Shown one piece after another: positions 50,577 through 63,599 of a stretch of 64,000 bases of DNA; the stretch's first letter is position 1; each line of letters opens with the position of its first letter. A model generated the notes under the pieces. The model saw only the letters and a list, made by a program, of their open reading frames with translations, had not been told where the DNA came from and made no database searches. This DNA is from Amphiscolops sp. MND2022 (taxonomy: Eukaryota): positions 40,860,001 to 40,924,000 of the forward strand of contig OZ076409.1 of assembly GCA_964187785.1 (NCBI GenBank). Reading direction: 5' to 3'. Both the position numbers and the translations under genes were made by a program.

Positions 50577-51227
50577 ATGAATTCATCGACACTCAATTCC
50601 TCAACCGATTATTTCATTTTGGACCGCGACCAAGACGCTGCCCCAGTAAACCCCTGCGCACATTCAACACCTAAAGCGCTTGGTGATAATTGCGAAAATA
50701 CCCAGTCACTGATCATTGAAGACATTTACGAGATTATCAATACTGGGACAGAACATATTGTCCTTTACCATGAGTCGGCGCCGATATCTATCCTAGAAAC
50801 AGCCCAATCAGACACATTACCATCCAGGAAATTTACAAACTTCAACCCAATTATCCCGGATGACGAATTCATGAGCCCCCCGCGAGACTACGAACACATG
50901 GATAATTGGCTATACAGGCCACACGATGGGTCAATCAGCCCAATATCCAGCGACTCCAGTTCCATCGGTTACATCTCAGGAAGCGACTGGACAACCGATT
51001 CGTCCTGGATGTCTTATGATTCATTGGTACAGTCTATATTTCAACCCCCCATCTCTTCCCCATTCAGGCCAATTTCACCACTTCTTCCCACAATGGACGT
51101 CTCTCATCAAAGCCGGGGACTGTCACAGCCGCCACAGGGCCGTGAAATAATAAGATCAGAGAGAACGCCAGAGGAAAGAAATGGAGAAATTAACCAAGAA
51201 GAAGCTAATAATGCATCACAAACCTGA
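50577..51227 (+). CDS. Accessory ORF (216 aa, Ser/Pro/Asp-rich, unknown function) crossing the PPT into the 3' LTR
   Basis: ATG-initiated open frame whose last ~35 codons are LTR U3 sequence. No signal peptide or transmembrane segment evident. Confidence 0.55.
   Translation: MNSSTLNSSTDYFILDRDQDAAPVNPCAHSTPKALGDNCENTQSLIIEDIYEIINTGTEHIVLYHESAPISILETAQSDTLPSRKFTNFNPIIPDDEFMSPPRDYEHMDNWLYRPHDGSISPISSDSSSIGYISGSDWTTDSSWMSYDSLVQSIFQPPISSPFRPISPLLPTMDVSHQSRGLSQPPQGREIIRSERTPEERNGEINQEEANNASQT
51109..51120 (+). promoter_or_regulatory. Polypurine tract
   Basis: AAAGCCGGGGAC immediately precedes the 3' LTR TG. Confidence 0.75.
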
Positions 51228-53338
51228 AAGAAAACAATCAACAAACAAACACCCATTGATATTGAACAACCCTGTAAGTGCATAATATTAATATCATCAA
51301 CCCTCTGCAGTACCTAAAATACATAAATATGTAAATAATTAAATAATAATAACTTGTTGTAAATGTGATTTGTTTGCAGTAGCTTGACCAATACGCTGAT
51401 TGAAGTTATTCCAACCAGCGCACTGACCAGCCTACCGTCCTAATATCTGCGTAACAAAACACACTAATTCTCACTGTCCTTTTAATTAACCAATCAGCGC
51501 TAAGCGCGAATGTGCAGTATTAACTCAGTTACTCTACTCGTCAAGCCACCAGTCAACAAAGGCTGGGACGCACGCCTGGCAGCTCGATCGAATTAATCAA
51601 AGTGCTAATATATTAAGTGACGTCACGCGTGAAGTGAATACAAATCCAAAGCTTAGAAGAAGCTTAAATTGTGCAGTATTCAATAATGAAGATAGAAAAC
51701 GTAATATTTATAGTATGAAAAGGTGTGTTTGAAGATTTGTCGATCCTGATAATTGGGACGACCGCCGGGACGACCGTTTTAAATTACCATGAGTCGGCGC
51801 CGATATCTATCCTAGAAACAGCCCAATCAGACACATTACCATCCAGGAAATTTACAAACTTCAACCCAATTATCCCGGATGACGAATTCATGAGCCCCCC
51901 GCGAGACTACGAACACATGGATAATTGGCTATACAGGCCACACGATGGGTCAATCAGCCCAATATCCAGCGACTCCAGTTCCATCGGTTACATCTCAGGA
52001 AGCGACTGGACAACCGATTCGTCCTGGATGTCTTATGATTCATTGGTACCGGAACGTCACAAATTGTCCAAATCTAGTGAAATGGTGTTTAATCATAATT
52101 TGAACCGGGACGACCACCTGGGCAACCATTTAAATAATTAATGATGTACCAAGTTCGAATGAGTTATTAATAACGTTATGATGGTTATTAATTGTTTAAA
52201 ATACCATGTTTGTTAATGGAATGAAGTTTATTCCCCCGCAACCGCCTAATCAAGTGATATTAACCCCCCTTTTTTCATCTGTTAACCTATGCATTCACCC
52301 CGGTCACCCGACTTTATATATGTGTTGTGTCTACCAGCCAGGCGCACGTTTTGTGTCTAATTTGTCAAGATGCGTCAATCCTAACCATCGATACATCAAA
52401 AGTTGTAATTATCATCTCTAACTCTGTTGATTCATTAATTTGTGCAGTTGCCTTATACTTAATTGTCCATTTTCTCTTAAAGAAAATTTCATTTCCTTTT
52501 CCCGCTTCAGTAGCTAGGTTCATGAATTTCAGTGCCAACTTCACCTTCGGCGTCTTGAAAAGGCGGGGAATGAAGAAGAAAGGGACGCGGAATTGGAAAG
52601 CGGCAGGAAGTGAATTCCCACTTTTCTTTAAAGTGGGTTGAAACCGAATGCCGAGTCCCGAGGAAGAATACCTTATTTGGATTTCCCCGCTTCGGAACGG
52701 ACGCCGAGGTGAACAAGGTGTGAATTCACGCGCGGGGTTTTCCCCGCGTGTCTAGCGTAAAGTATAAATACCTGAAGCGGGATTAGGAAAAGTTAGTTGA
52801 CAATTTGGTTTTTTCAAGTCCGTTTGATTAATCATTCTCCGGGAATTTTGCTTTTGTAATAATCGTGTTAATTACTTTTGCTTAGTATAATTCCTTTGTT
52901 TCGAAAAACTTTGACAAATTACTGAATTGAAGTCTCCATTACGTTTGTAACGACTCAAGTTTAATTGAAATATTGTCTCTCCACTATTTTGCAAGATGCC
53001 TGAGAAGTCTCAAAAACGAAAGTTGAGGAGTGACCAGTCGACTAGCCAGTTCGACATAGAGACCGCAAGCTCAATTAACGACGAAAACGTCGTACTATCG
53101 GAAAGGGATTTTGAAGACATATCTAATAAAATTGAGAATAAAATTTCCAAGCGTCTTAGAGACACTGAACTCAATCAACGTGAGATATTAAAACTGATCG
53201 AGAGCCTGTCGTCCAAAGTTGACAACCTATCAAGCGTCAATTCTGAACAAGGTTACTTGACGACCAGGACCGAGAATAGTGGAAACCCCACTGAAGAACT
53301 AGAAGAAGTTGGTTTATCTAGGAACGAGAGTTCCAACA
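51121..53338 (+). repeat. 3' LTR (2218 bp) with 265-bp templated insertion replacing 122 bp
   Basis: Colinear with the 5' LTR at offset 9077 up to 51785 and at offset 9220 from 52051. Includes the Gag-leader ORF copy 52996-53343. Confidence 0.97.
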
Positions 53339-53729
53339 GGTAGTCAGTGAACGGACGTTTCGAATACGTCAAATTCGGCAGCAAAGTTCAGAAAGAACAT
53401 TTTTTGGCCAATTCTAATTTGCACAGTATGAAAATTTTGAAATTGGGTCTTTACAAATCTACAGTAGTTGCAGTGATGATTCGTTTGAGGAGAAATCATT
53501 GGGAACCCGAGTTGAAAACATTTTTGACACTAATCGTAGTTTTAGATCAAATTATCATTATCTGAGATTGGTTGCATGAAGTCTATATGATTTACATTTT
53601 ACTGAAAGTATGGTTTCATGCATAAAAGTATACACTTATAGACGAAAAATTACATGATTCTATGTATGAAATATAAGATAGCATGTAATCCTCACAAAGT
53701 TGGAAATGGGTAAGTTTCACTTGTTCTAC

Positions 53730-56089
53730 TGTCACAGCCTGCTCACGGCCTGGCATGAGGTTGTCGACGGTGGAAAATCCGAAGGGGACATGGAGGTAAT
53801 TTGAGATTTCCGAAGTCTTACTTTAACTGGTAAATACAAAACTGACCTAAAATAAACAGTGACTTGAAATGCAAAATATACGTCTATTCAACGGAATTTT
53901 CAAGCGAAACTAGACACGAAGAACAAATGTGCTAAAATGATTTTTCACGCATTTCCGGTAAGACGTTTCAGCCACGTCAAAATAGTAACATTCGCCACCT
54001 GAAAACTAAATTAAGACACGTTTTAAAGCAAAGAGAGCATAAGCCAACCTAAATGAAAACATATCGAAAATCATCTCCTAAAGAAATATCAATCAGGTCT
54101 AAAATAGAAAATACACTGAGATTGCACGCCGAAGAAACTAAGCCTTTTCTAAGAAAGGCAGCCTAATTACTCTTTGAACAGCAATTAGTGTGGTTTAGGA
54201 CGTCAATATTGCGCTGAGCAAACAAAGCGGCGGAAGAAATAAGAATACATGTAAATTTGTCGTCAGTAGGACGCAGACAAGTTTGAAGGTATACCAATTG
54301 ACGTCACTGCCTCGCCTATACGTACCAGAAAATCATTCCAATTATCCGCCTATACTAATAGCATTACTAGAAATCATTCCAATTTACCGCCATTGTGACG
54401 TCACTACGCCGGCAGCTAGCTAGAAAATCATTCCCAAAATACTCGTCAGCATTGCGTCAAACTAGTCAAAAGCTCAGTTCTTCCAAAATAACTCGTCAAC
54501 ATGACGTTGACAAGTTTATGAAATTGGACAATTTAGATAAATTTGCTCTATCAAGCTGAGGAAAATACGCTAGTACAACGTTAAGGATCAGTTGAAATTA
54601 GCTGTTTTGGTTTTTTGCAGGATGGTAATTTGAGCACCCAACTTAATGAATTTAATATGAGGGAAATGTTTGCTCTGATCAGCTTTAATTTAAAGGAATG
54701 AAGTGTAACAGATTGCGTCCATTTTACGTTGGCCAAAATGTTGATCACCTAAAATTACAGTAAGAAACGATTTTATTCGAGATTTTTCGGTATTCCCTAG
54801 ACGTGAAAGTCACAGTTTATGTTCTTGTTGGTAGACAAGGTGCTATATTTTATTACATGAAGTATTTTTACACGCCAAGTGTTTTGAGATCAGGATTTGC
54901 TACTCATCAATCTATACCAGCCCATTTCGTATGGTATTAACCATTGTTTCACAAATATAATTATTAACACTGAAATGTATTAGTATCATGTTGCTACATT
55001 TAAAGTTTTCCTGTTGCTGTTAATGTTATGTAGTAAACTTGTCGCACTTGTTCATGATGTGTATATTCCAAATTGAGAATTTGATTTCGTTTCCAACGAA
55101 AAGAGTGAGTCCAAATCCATTAAAAATATTGAAAATTTTGTCCTAGCATCGCTCAAGCAATCGAAGTTCAGAAACTAATCATATTCCTCAAGTTAAAATT
55201 CAATATCAGGTATTAGTTGTTCACGTCAGCGTCATCTCAGCGTCAATTTCCCGCGAACCAAAACAGTAAAACAGGGAATCATTTCCGGTTTGACAGACTG
55301 AAGTAATATCTACTTCCTGTTTGGGAGGAAACAAAAGGACTCCGGGATGAAATGATATGTTCGTGAAAAGTGACTAATATCAAAAATTGTAGTCGTGTCT
55401 TAAAATTTGACGAAATGTCGACGCAAATTTGGGTTATTAATGATTTTTTCATCGACGAAACAGGAAATGACTAATTGTTCGAGGAAAATTAGGGATTTTA
55501 GTTGTGATCAAATGATGCTGGGAGGGTATAAATACGGTAGAATTTGATGATTAAGGGACTAAGTCTTTTCCAATTGCGAAAATCGGTTATCTCATAACTT
55601 ACTCAATTTTCCAATTTTCAATCTCAACTTTGTTGAAAACACTTTGAAAGTAAATTGAATTCTTCAAAATCAATTCTCTCTACATCGAAATGTCTAGCAC
55701 GAGAAGCCAGAAAAGAAGAAACACTCAGAAAGAAGCTGTTGAAAACGTAAGTGAAAATTTTGTTTCACCAGTTGTAGCGGAAAACTCTTGTCCTTCAGAC
55801 CAAGAGATAAACGTTGCAGGCCCGTCTAAGCCAAAATCTCCAAGGATCGAAAGCAGTCTTCTAGAAAGTTTAAGGGCCTCTCTGAAAGAGGAGATTACGT
55901 CCGAGATTAAGAATCTCCTTGTAGAATCTCAAAAGGAGATGTTGAAGCTACTTAAACCTGAAACAAGGGAAAACGTCAGGGAAAACGTCGAAGAAGAAAC
56001 GGAGAACGAAACTAGGAGTTTCTACACCCCTACTAAATTGGTTAGAATCAACTCCTCTCAAAACAATGATACGAACATAAGTCGTAACA
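53730..56089 (+). mobile_element. Solo LTR (2360 bp) of a related Gypsy family
   Basis: TGTCACAGCC...CGTAACA with perfect 5-bp TSD TCTAC (53725-53729 and 56090-56094). Shares its first 10 bp with the 42044 LTR. TATA at ~55526. Confidence 0.92.
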
Positions 56090-56130
56090 TCTACTGTAAG
56101 TTGTATTTGAATAACTGTACTTTTAAATGA
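55690..56130 (+). CDS. LTR-encoded Gag leader peptide of the solo LTR, reading ~13 codons into flanking DNA
   Basis: MSSTRSQKRR...LKEEITSEIKNLLVESQKEMLKLL resembles MPEKSQKRK...IENKISKRLRDTELNQREILKLI. The frame is open to the LTR end at 56089. Confidence 0.7.
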   Translation: MSSTRSQKRRNTQKEAVENVSENFVSPVVAENSCPSDQEINVAGPSKPKSPRIESSLLESLRASLKEEITSEIKNLLVESQKEMLKLLKPETRENVRENVEEETENETRSFYTPTKLVRINSSQNNDTNISRNIYCKLYLNNCTFK

Positions 56131-57337
56131 AAACTTCAATTTGAGGTGCAATATGGAGCGGAATTTTTTGGTAGCTTCTTCGAAAGCTGTGGCATGTAAA
56201 GGGGCTTAACAGTCACGTGATGTATGAATCAATGAATTTCATTTGTTGAAATTGATACTTCGCATTCAAACTTTTGCTATTAATATCAAGTTCGAAGGAA
56301 GTTTTCAAATCATTTTCATAACCATAAAGAAGGGTAGATAACTTAGCATGAGTATAGTTCTTTCAAATTCGATTGTGTCAACGAAGATGATGTCAGAATG
56401 CTCTCTTGATAGTTTTTCATTCCTCAGGCTTCAAAAAAATAATCAAGAAATCGAGTTTTATATCTGTAATTCAAATTTAGCATCATAAATGTTCATCATT
56501 CTCATAAAACGCCCCAAACAAAACGTTATAGTCAAAAAGCTAAATCAATTTCAGACATGATGTTGATCTTTATGTGTGTTTCTCAATGTATTTTTGAAAT
56601 TTTTTGGAATGAATTTAGATAAAATATCATTTTTGTTAATTCATCTTTCGTTTGTTCAAATAATTTTTCTAAAGTTCCACATATTCTCAATATTAAGTCG
56701 AATATTTTGACCCAATCTGTTCATGAAGTTCATGAAATTTCAATTTTGTCAGAAAATGAAGTGAAATTTATCTTTAAAAATTATATGTGGAAGTTTAAAC
56801 GTTAATGAATGCAAACTATCTGAAATTTTACAACTTGTTCTATTTTACTAATGGTTCTCGCACAGAAGACAGAAAACATCTCAATGCCACTGCGATTCTT
56901 ATGTCAGTTTTGCGTAATGATGCTAAATTCTCCTCTCATTTGAAATTTGTGTCTCGAAGGACTTTCGCGATAGATCTCCCGCCTTCGTTATTGCCCCCCT
57001 GATGGAGATGTAGAAATGAAAACTTTCATTTTTTCAGTGAAGTTTTCCTTGCATGGCTACATTTGCAACTAACTGTCACATGGGAATAATGGGAAGAGAG
57101 CTGAGACATTAAAAGCCTTGCTTTGTTTTTCTCTTCGTTAGACTCCACGTGACTGCTATAAATTCAATCAAAAATGTCTGAAAAGAGTTGTTAAAATTTC
57201 CCGGAAGCGATTGAAAGGATTCAGTTTAAACATTCGATTGTGCATTTTGCATTTCATTTTTCAAGTCTTGATGCGTCCTATGGGTCGATGAGTTATCAAA
57301 AAATCTTCACGTGAAAACATTATAAAAAGCATTTCTC

Positions 57338-57577
57338 AGAAATTTCATTGGTGTACGAAGTGAGTCACCACTGGTTTAGAAATTTCATTGGTGTACGAAG
57401 TGAGTCACTTATGGTCTAGAAATTTCATTGGTGTACGAAGTGAGTCACTTAGGGTCTAGAAATTTCATTGGTGTACGAAGTGAGTCACTTATGGTCTCGA
57501 AATTTAATTGGTGTACGAAGTGAGTCACGTATGGTCTAGAAATTTCATTGGTGTACGGAGTGAGTCACGTATGGTCT
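57338..57577. repeat. Minisatellite, 6 x 40 bp
   Basis: Unit AGAAATTTCATTGGTGTACGAAGTGAGTCACTTATGGTCT with exact 40-bp period. Confidence 0.97.
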
Positions 57578-60500
57578 GAACTTTCGTTTCTAATAGAACC
57601 TTAGTAGACTTTATTGCGTGCACATGAATTCATTTTTTGCGTAAAATGTTGTTTGTGAAATTTTGCGAAACAATGAAATGTAAAACAATTTTTTACTGCT
57701 TCTGCACTTTTTGTCACAATTTTAGACAGCATGTGTTTTGTCCTACATGTTTAGTTTTATTGCAACATCAGATTATTTATGCATTAGTTTACACCATATA
57801 GAACTAATCGTGCATTCTTGAACTCAATTTTTTATTTTCAGTTTCAAATAAATGTATGCACAGAGAATATCTCTGTAGTCACAGCAGCTTGTCAATTTCT
57901 CCAATTTTATTTACTGCTATGGCGCTGCTTCGCAACCGTTGTCTTTGATTTACTTCCTTCAACTTTCGTCAGTGTTTGAAGGGAATCGATCACGTGTGTC
58001 GTAAATGCTCATTAATTAACTTCAAAAGAGTGTCAAATTGGGTTCGCTGCATTAGGTAATTATGAGCAAAATTTTTCGAAATGTTATCTTGTGTTTGATG
58101 TCTGTTAGTTGTTTTCGTTTGTTCTTTCATCGGCAACTGGACTATTGGCAAGTACGTTAAAAGACATTCGAGATCAATTCAGTAGGAAGGTCGTTAGTTT
58201 TGAGGTTTTATCTAACAGTTTTGATCAAAAAATCACACTGACAAAGAAACAAAAAAGTATGCTCATTAAATTGATCTTGATGTGACCTTATCGCAAAAAA
58301 ACTCTTACCAGATACTTGAAGATGAATTACCAAATCAGATGAAAAAAGTACATTATCATTTTCCTGAGAATTCTTTGAGCCCATTCCTAGCTTGTTTTTA
58401 AACCATGCGAATGCAGAAAGAGTCCAAAATTTTTTCTTTGCGATTTTTTTCAAATTTCAAATTTAGATAAAACATCTTTTATTAGGTCATTGCAGCTCTT
58501 AGAGCTTTTGAAATCTCAAACGAGCGCCCACTTGGGCCTTCCCAGCTGGTTCTATGTAGGCAAGATGGTACATGTGAATTGATGTTTACTTCAACTCGAT
58601 GTCAAAATCCTTTTTCAAACGTGACAGGATTCTGTGATAATGCGGTCAAATGGAAATAATTGTCTCTCTTATCATTTCTTTTTCAATCATGTCACTTTTT
58701 TCATCAATTACTTTTGCTTTTGACCGATTCTTATAAATGAACGTTTTGAAGGAGCTGAAAATGAGCTTAAAAAAGAAGCCTACTTAGCAACGAAAAACTT
58801 TTCTAATCTGAAAAACTAAAAGTTTTGTTGTTCAACACTTTGGACTCTAATTCGCTTAAAACAAATAGAAAAATTGTGCTAGTAATACAAAAAACGGTCG
58901 AAATTGGAAAACTTACAGTTTTTGGTTAATTTCGTACCTATTTTCGAAATAAAACCTCCATATTTCACTATACAAGAGTAGGCAAAGCAGCTAATGTTTT
59001 GTTATTGACATCTCTGAACACAAATACTCACATTTTTATCCAAAAAATGTAGACGGGTTGCATAGGACAGTGGATTGTTAAAACGTTAAAACAAAGAAGA
59101 AATTTCCTTCAACTCAACAGAGGGTGGAGTTCAAATAAACAGTTCTACTTTGCTAAATCCCATTTCATCCTAATCATACCACTGAGCTAAGGGTAAAAAA
59201 TTGCCCGAAGACCTGCAACAGTGAGTTGATGGAGATTTCATACTTTCTTTAACGGAGACCTATTACTCTAACCACGACACCATGATCCCTGACAAAAAAC
59301 AATTTAGATATTTGTTCGATGATTTTTTATTTTCGGTAAAAAGACACAAAAACTCTTTGAAATTTGGGGGTTGAGGCGGAGGTTCGAAAAAGGCGCTCCC
59401 ATTTGTCCCAGCACGCTATATCCGGAATTTTGACGTTATATCCGAAGTAAATTGCGCTTTACAAAGGAGAATGCAGATGTTCGAAATTAATGCGATATAT
59501 TCGAACTTTTGACATATCCGAGGTAAATTGCTCTCTACTAAGAAAAAATGAAGGTTTGAAAATTTTGCGCTATATCCGAATATTGTTTTGTTTTCAAAAC
59601 CAGTGAACTGACATATGTCTGTAAGCATTTATCTAAGGTATCTTTGTGCCATCGAACTTCTACTTGTGTGGTACTTCTGTGATTGATAGATTTTACTCAA
59701 AACGGCCTGAGTATATTTTGCTCCAACTTTGTGCATTTTGAGCCCTAAAAGAGCCACCGACCTGAGACGTTTGAGACGTTCGCGTCTTGTTGTTCATATT
59801 GAGGGTTTTTCATAGAATAAACCTTGCGTTTCTGTCTCGAAAAGTGTGCAATGTGGGTGGTGTTGTTGTTTTCGTTCTGTGTCTATAGCAATATCTACAG
59901 AAATATCCTGAAAGTGAGCACAAGTTGCTGAATTTACGAGGCTTTTCACTGAAGGCTGCGTATTCACTGAAAGGCTGCGTAGTCACTGAAGACAGAGTAT
60001 AGTTTCTTAATTATGCAAGGGACAAATTCATCAAAAGTTTATCAAAAATACAGAGCCGAAAAATACAAGAAGGGATAAGCATAAGACTCGAACACCGCTT
60101 TTCCTTAACGTGAAATATCAAGAAACTATTTTTTTTGAAAAAAATGTTTCCGAAAATTTGTTTTCTTCGGGAAAAGTCTCATAGTGCCAAAAAAGAAGCT
60201 TTGCGTTCGCCAAACGTAATTTTCAGGCCAAAAACATTAATCAAATTGAAGTGAAAATTGTATTGAAAAAAAGTCGCAGAGGTATTTCATACAAACTATA
60301 GGTATTTTCCACAACCATGGAGAAAACTCATCAGTTCTACAGGTTCACAAAAATTCGGAAAAAAAGTCTCAGTGTGCCGAAAAAGGCAAAAGAGGACCTT
60401 TTGGGATTTTTTATCATCCAGTTGGGTGCAAAAAATTAAAATAACCAAAGAGGGTACGCTTTGGCGACAAAAAAATTCGGGAAAATTTTTTTTTAAAAGC

Positions 60501-63359
60501 GAAAAAAAACAGTAAAACCAAACTTTCTGGTTTGGTAACACAGAAAGCTTTAAAAACTATGGTACCCAAAGTTGGCACCCTTTGGAAGCACCCGAGTTTG
60601 TTTTCTAGAAAGATAGGAAGGCCTATGGAAATTCGGTATAAAGTGAACCTTTCAGTGTGAGGTCTGTGGTCTGCAGAAAAAAATGGTCGCTAAAAACTCG
60701 GGCATTTTTTGTTTCACAAAAAGCGCCGACTAAAAAAAATCGTTACAACAGACCGCTAAACTTTCTACAAATTTTTCCAAGCTTCGGTCGTGTTTGATGC
60801 GCGGCTTAGTTGAAAAGGACGTCGCATGAAATTGTTGTTGGAAACACTTTATCTAGCGATTGTGTTATCAGTCTTCTTCTATATCTTCCATTTTCGGAAA
60901 AAGCTATTTGGCTTTTTACAATCAAAACAGTCGGCCACTTAATTTGCTCTACCCGGTCAATGGGTTAACCTGTTAAAAGGTGTCAAAAGATATTTCCACG
61001 TAGTTGGAGTCCCCTCTGTGTCGACTTGGGGCAATATAGCAATATCCAAAGCAACGGGTAACAACAATAATTACGGTATTGAATATTCTTTTGAATATTG
61101 CTTTCAGGAGGTGAGGGATATCAAAACAGACATATGACCTGTTAGGGGGCCGAAGAAAGAATTATTTCAAATTATAGAAAGATAGGTGTTGATAGAAAGT
61201 AGATAATAACAATAAGTCTATTTTCTCCACCTGTTAATAATATCGCCAAGATAATATTGCAGGGTTCATCTATGATCGAAACTGCTGAAAACAGCTTTTC
61301 CAGCAACAAAGAGCTCAAAACTGGCAATTACTTTTAATATAGAATCTGCCAGTTTTCAATCTCATTAGGAGTAAGGGGTTTACAAAAACTGGTCGATGGA
61401 ACAAGTTTTCGGGAAGGGGAATGGTTGGTGGAGGTACGTTGTCCATTGGGTGAATACTCCAGTTGAAGACGGACATTGAAAATTGTGCTAATTATTAATT
61501 CTATCTAGTTTTGTAATTTACTGTATATGTAATTTATTAACTTATGAAACAATTGCTATTGGTTACTATAATAATAATAATTGTATATTTGTATATATTT
61601 TTATAAAATCTATATAAAATATGTATATGTAATATATTATTTAGATTTTGAATTCGGGTTTTCTTTGAAAAAGATTATCAAACGGAGCGTATAACGAAAA
61701 TTCGAAATCAATTTTTTCAGTAGTGTAAAACGGATTTTTTTCGGTTGAAAATTTTAAAAAGCAGGTATACTGAGCCATCAACTATACTTTATGACTTACT
61801 TTGAAAACGCTGAATCCGTCAACGTGAAGTTTCTCGGGTGATTTCTACAAGCATTTATGGGTGATATGCGTCTTGTGAAAGACTCTCTCCGGCTATTGCG
61901 AATTATGGTTTTTAACCTTCAAGTTTCCGTTACGAAAACGTAATCAAATAACAGGAGACTTCTCAGGAGCCCTTATAGGTCGAAACAAAACAGATATCAT
62001 TGTCAGAAACTATTTTGATACCCCGACCATTAGCACGGACTTTGTGCAAGGGCAAATCACTTCCAAGTCACTTTGCGTACTTATAGTCTTTTGAATTCGA
62101 AAACACTTTTGAAGAATATCAAAATTGTTTCCCCATTGTTGAAACCTGTCAAGGCACTTGCCAGGCGCGAGATGTAGAAATCCACTTTTTAACTTTTACC
62201 CTTCTGGTCTTGTATCAACAATGATGATTTAATTTGAGATCTAACAATTGGAAATACTTTTTCTCGATACATGGCCCAATATGTGAGAAATGGATACCCG
62301 CAAGCAATTAGACAAGTTTTTTGACACGAATTAAAAACCACCAGGAAACAGTTTCAGTCTTTTATCGAGGCTAGTGTTTTCTAAAGATCACATACCTTAT
62401 TGCATTTTGCTGGCTACCCACATTGAACGCCCAAGTTGTCATCATTTACCCGGAGGAATTCCAGATGCTATCAGTGTTAGAAACGACATAAAACTCTAGC
62501 TAGGTAGTTAATTTAATATCATGTCATTACCCGGCTTGAGTTGGTTAGCCAATTCAAAACATTCAATAGCAACGATGGTGTCGCTGAAACCTAAATTCTC
62601 TCAGCCCAATAGCAATGTATCAGTCTCGAGAAACTCAGAAACATCCTAAAACATGTTGAAGCTAGGTGTTTATTTTTTATTTCAGAGTTTCCGCTGTTCC
62701 GAAAAAAACAAGAGTTTAGGTACTCAATTCGAATCGAGTACCACTGAAACTCATGAATTTTGATATGAATCTGTACCCTTGTGTACTGACCAACACCTAA
62801 CAGTTCAATTTGTTGCAAAGTGGGATTCATGTTCCGAGGTCGTCATTGTATTACAGCACTATCTCATTTCGGAACAGTTTTGAGCCCTGAACTAGCCGGT
62901 CAATCCCCCTAGCCATGTGAAACTTCCAGCTTCTTTTTTTTGCATTCGATCTTCTTGACTCCAGCGTGCATGTTGATTTCAATCATTTTCGATAAGTGCA
63001 GGAAAACGCATTGTTGCTCAATTCGAAGTTCTGCAGAAGCGTATTTGACAGTTGAAGGGTGAAGGGTATATTTTATTAGCCCGCGCGCTTGATACCTATT
63101 TCAACAGAAATATAATTGATTCTTGTTTTTTTAATAGAGCCACTTCAAAAGCAAAGATTTGCGTCAAAAAGTCGCGTTTTGTCAATGTTATACGGTTAAT
63201 CTATAGTGACTTCTGCCGAGTTTCGGTTGTAGACAGTACCTCCTTACTGTTAATAAACAATGAACTCAGATAAAAAATTCGACATTTATCTTATGATGTT
63301 TTGTATGTATTTTGTTTTAGTCGCATCCTTGCAAGATATTATTTTATTACTTTTTTTTC

Positions 63360-63410
63360 TCAACCTGGGTTCAGAATACAACATGGCGCAGTCAGCCAAT
63401 TTTATCGAGA
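63360..63410 (+). mobile_element. LTR end plus PBS of the same type as at 11040
   Basis: ...ATACAACA|TGGCGCAGTCAGCCAATTT at 63384, identical to the PBS and downstream bases at 11040. Confidence 0.6.
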
Positions 63411-63599
63411 AACAAGTTTTTTACAGAGAAACAAAACCAGAGAAACACCCGGTGATGTATTCGAACACATCACGGTAAAAAGGAATCTATGGTTTAAGAA
63501 TCAATTTATTGAAACAATCAATCAACAATTAATTAATCAATCTTTACATAACAGTTCAATCGTAACAAATGGTATCAAATTTGATAGTATCTAATTAAC

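Larger units (their letters stand above)
42044..53338 (+). mobile_element. Ty3/Gypsy-type LTR retrotransposon, internally deleted (no RT/RH/IN), carrying an antisense spliced gene and an extra 3' ORF
   Basis: TG...CA LTRs at 42044-44118 and 51121-53338, 5-bp TSD GGTAG (42039-42043 and 53339-53343), PBS, PPT, gag with two CCHC knuckles, aspartic protease. Confidence 0.97.

Noticed and set aside
50577..51227. env gene
   Set aside because: No signal peptide, fusion peptide, Cys pattern or transmembrane anchor.
51725..52141. 138-aa ORF in the 3' LTR as an independent gene
   Set aside because: By-product of the templated insertion of 50767-51030; absent from the 5' LTR; non-ATG start.
57338..57577. 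CRISPR-like 40-bp periodic array
   Set aside because: Units are contiguous near-identical tandem repeats with no spacers.
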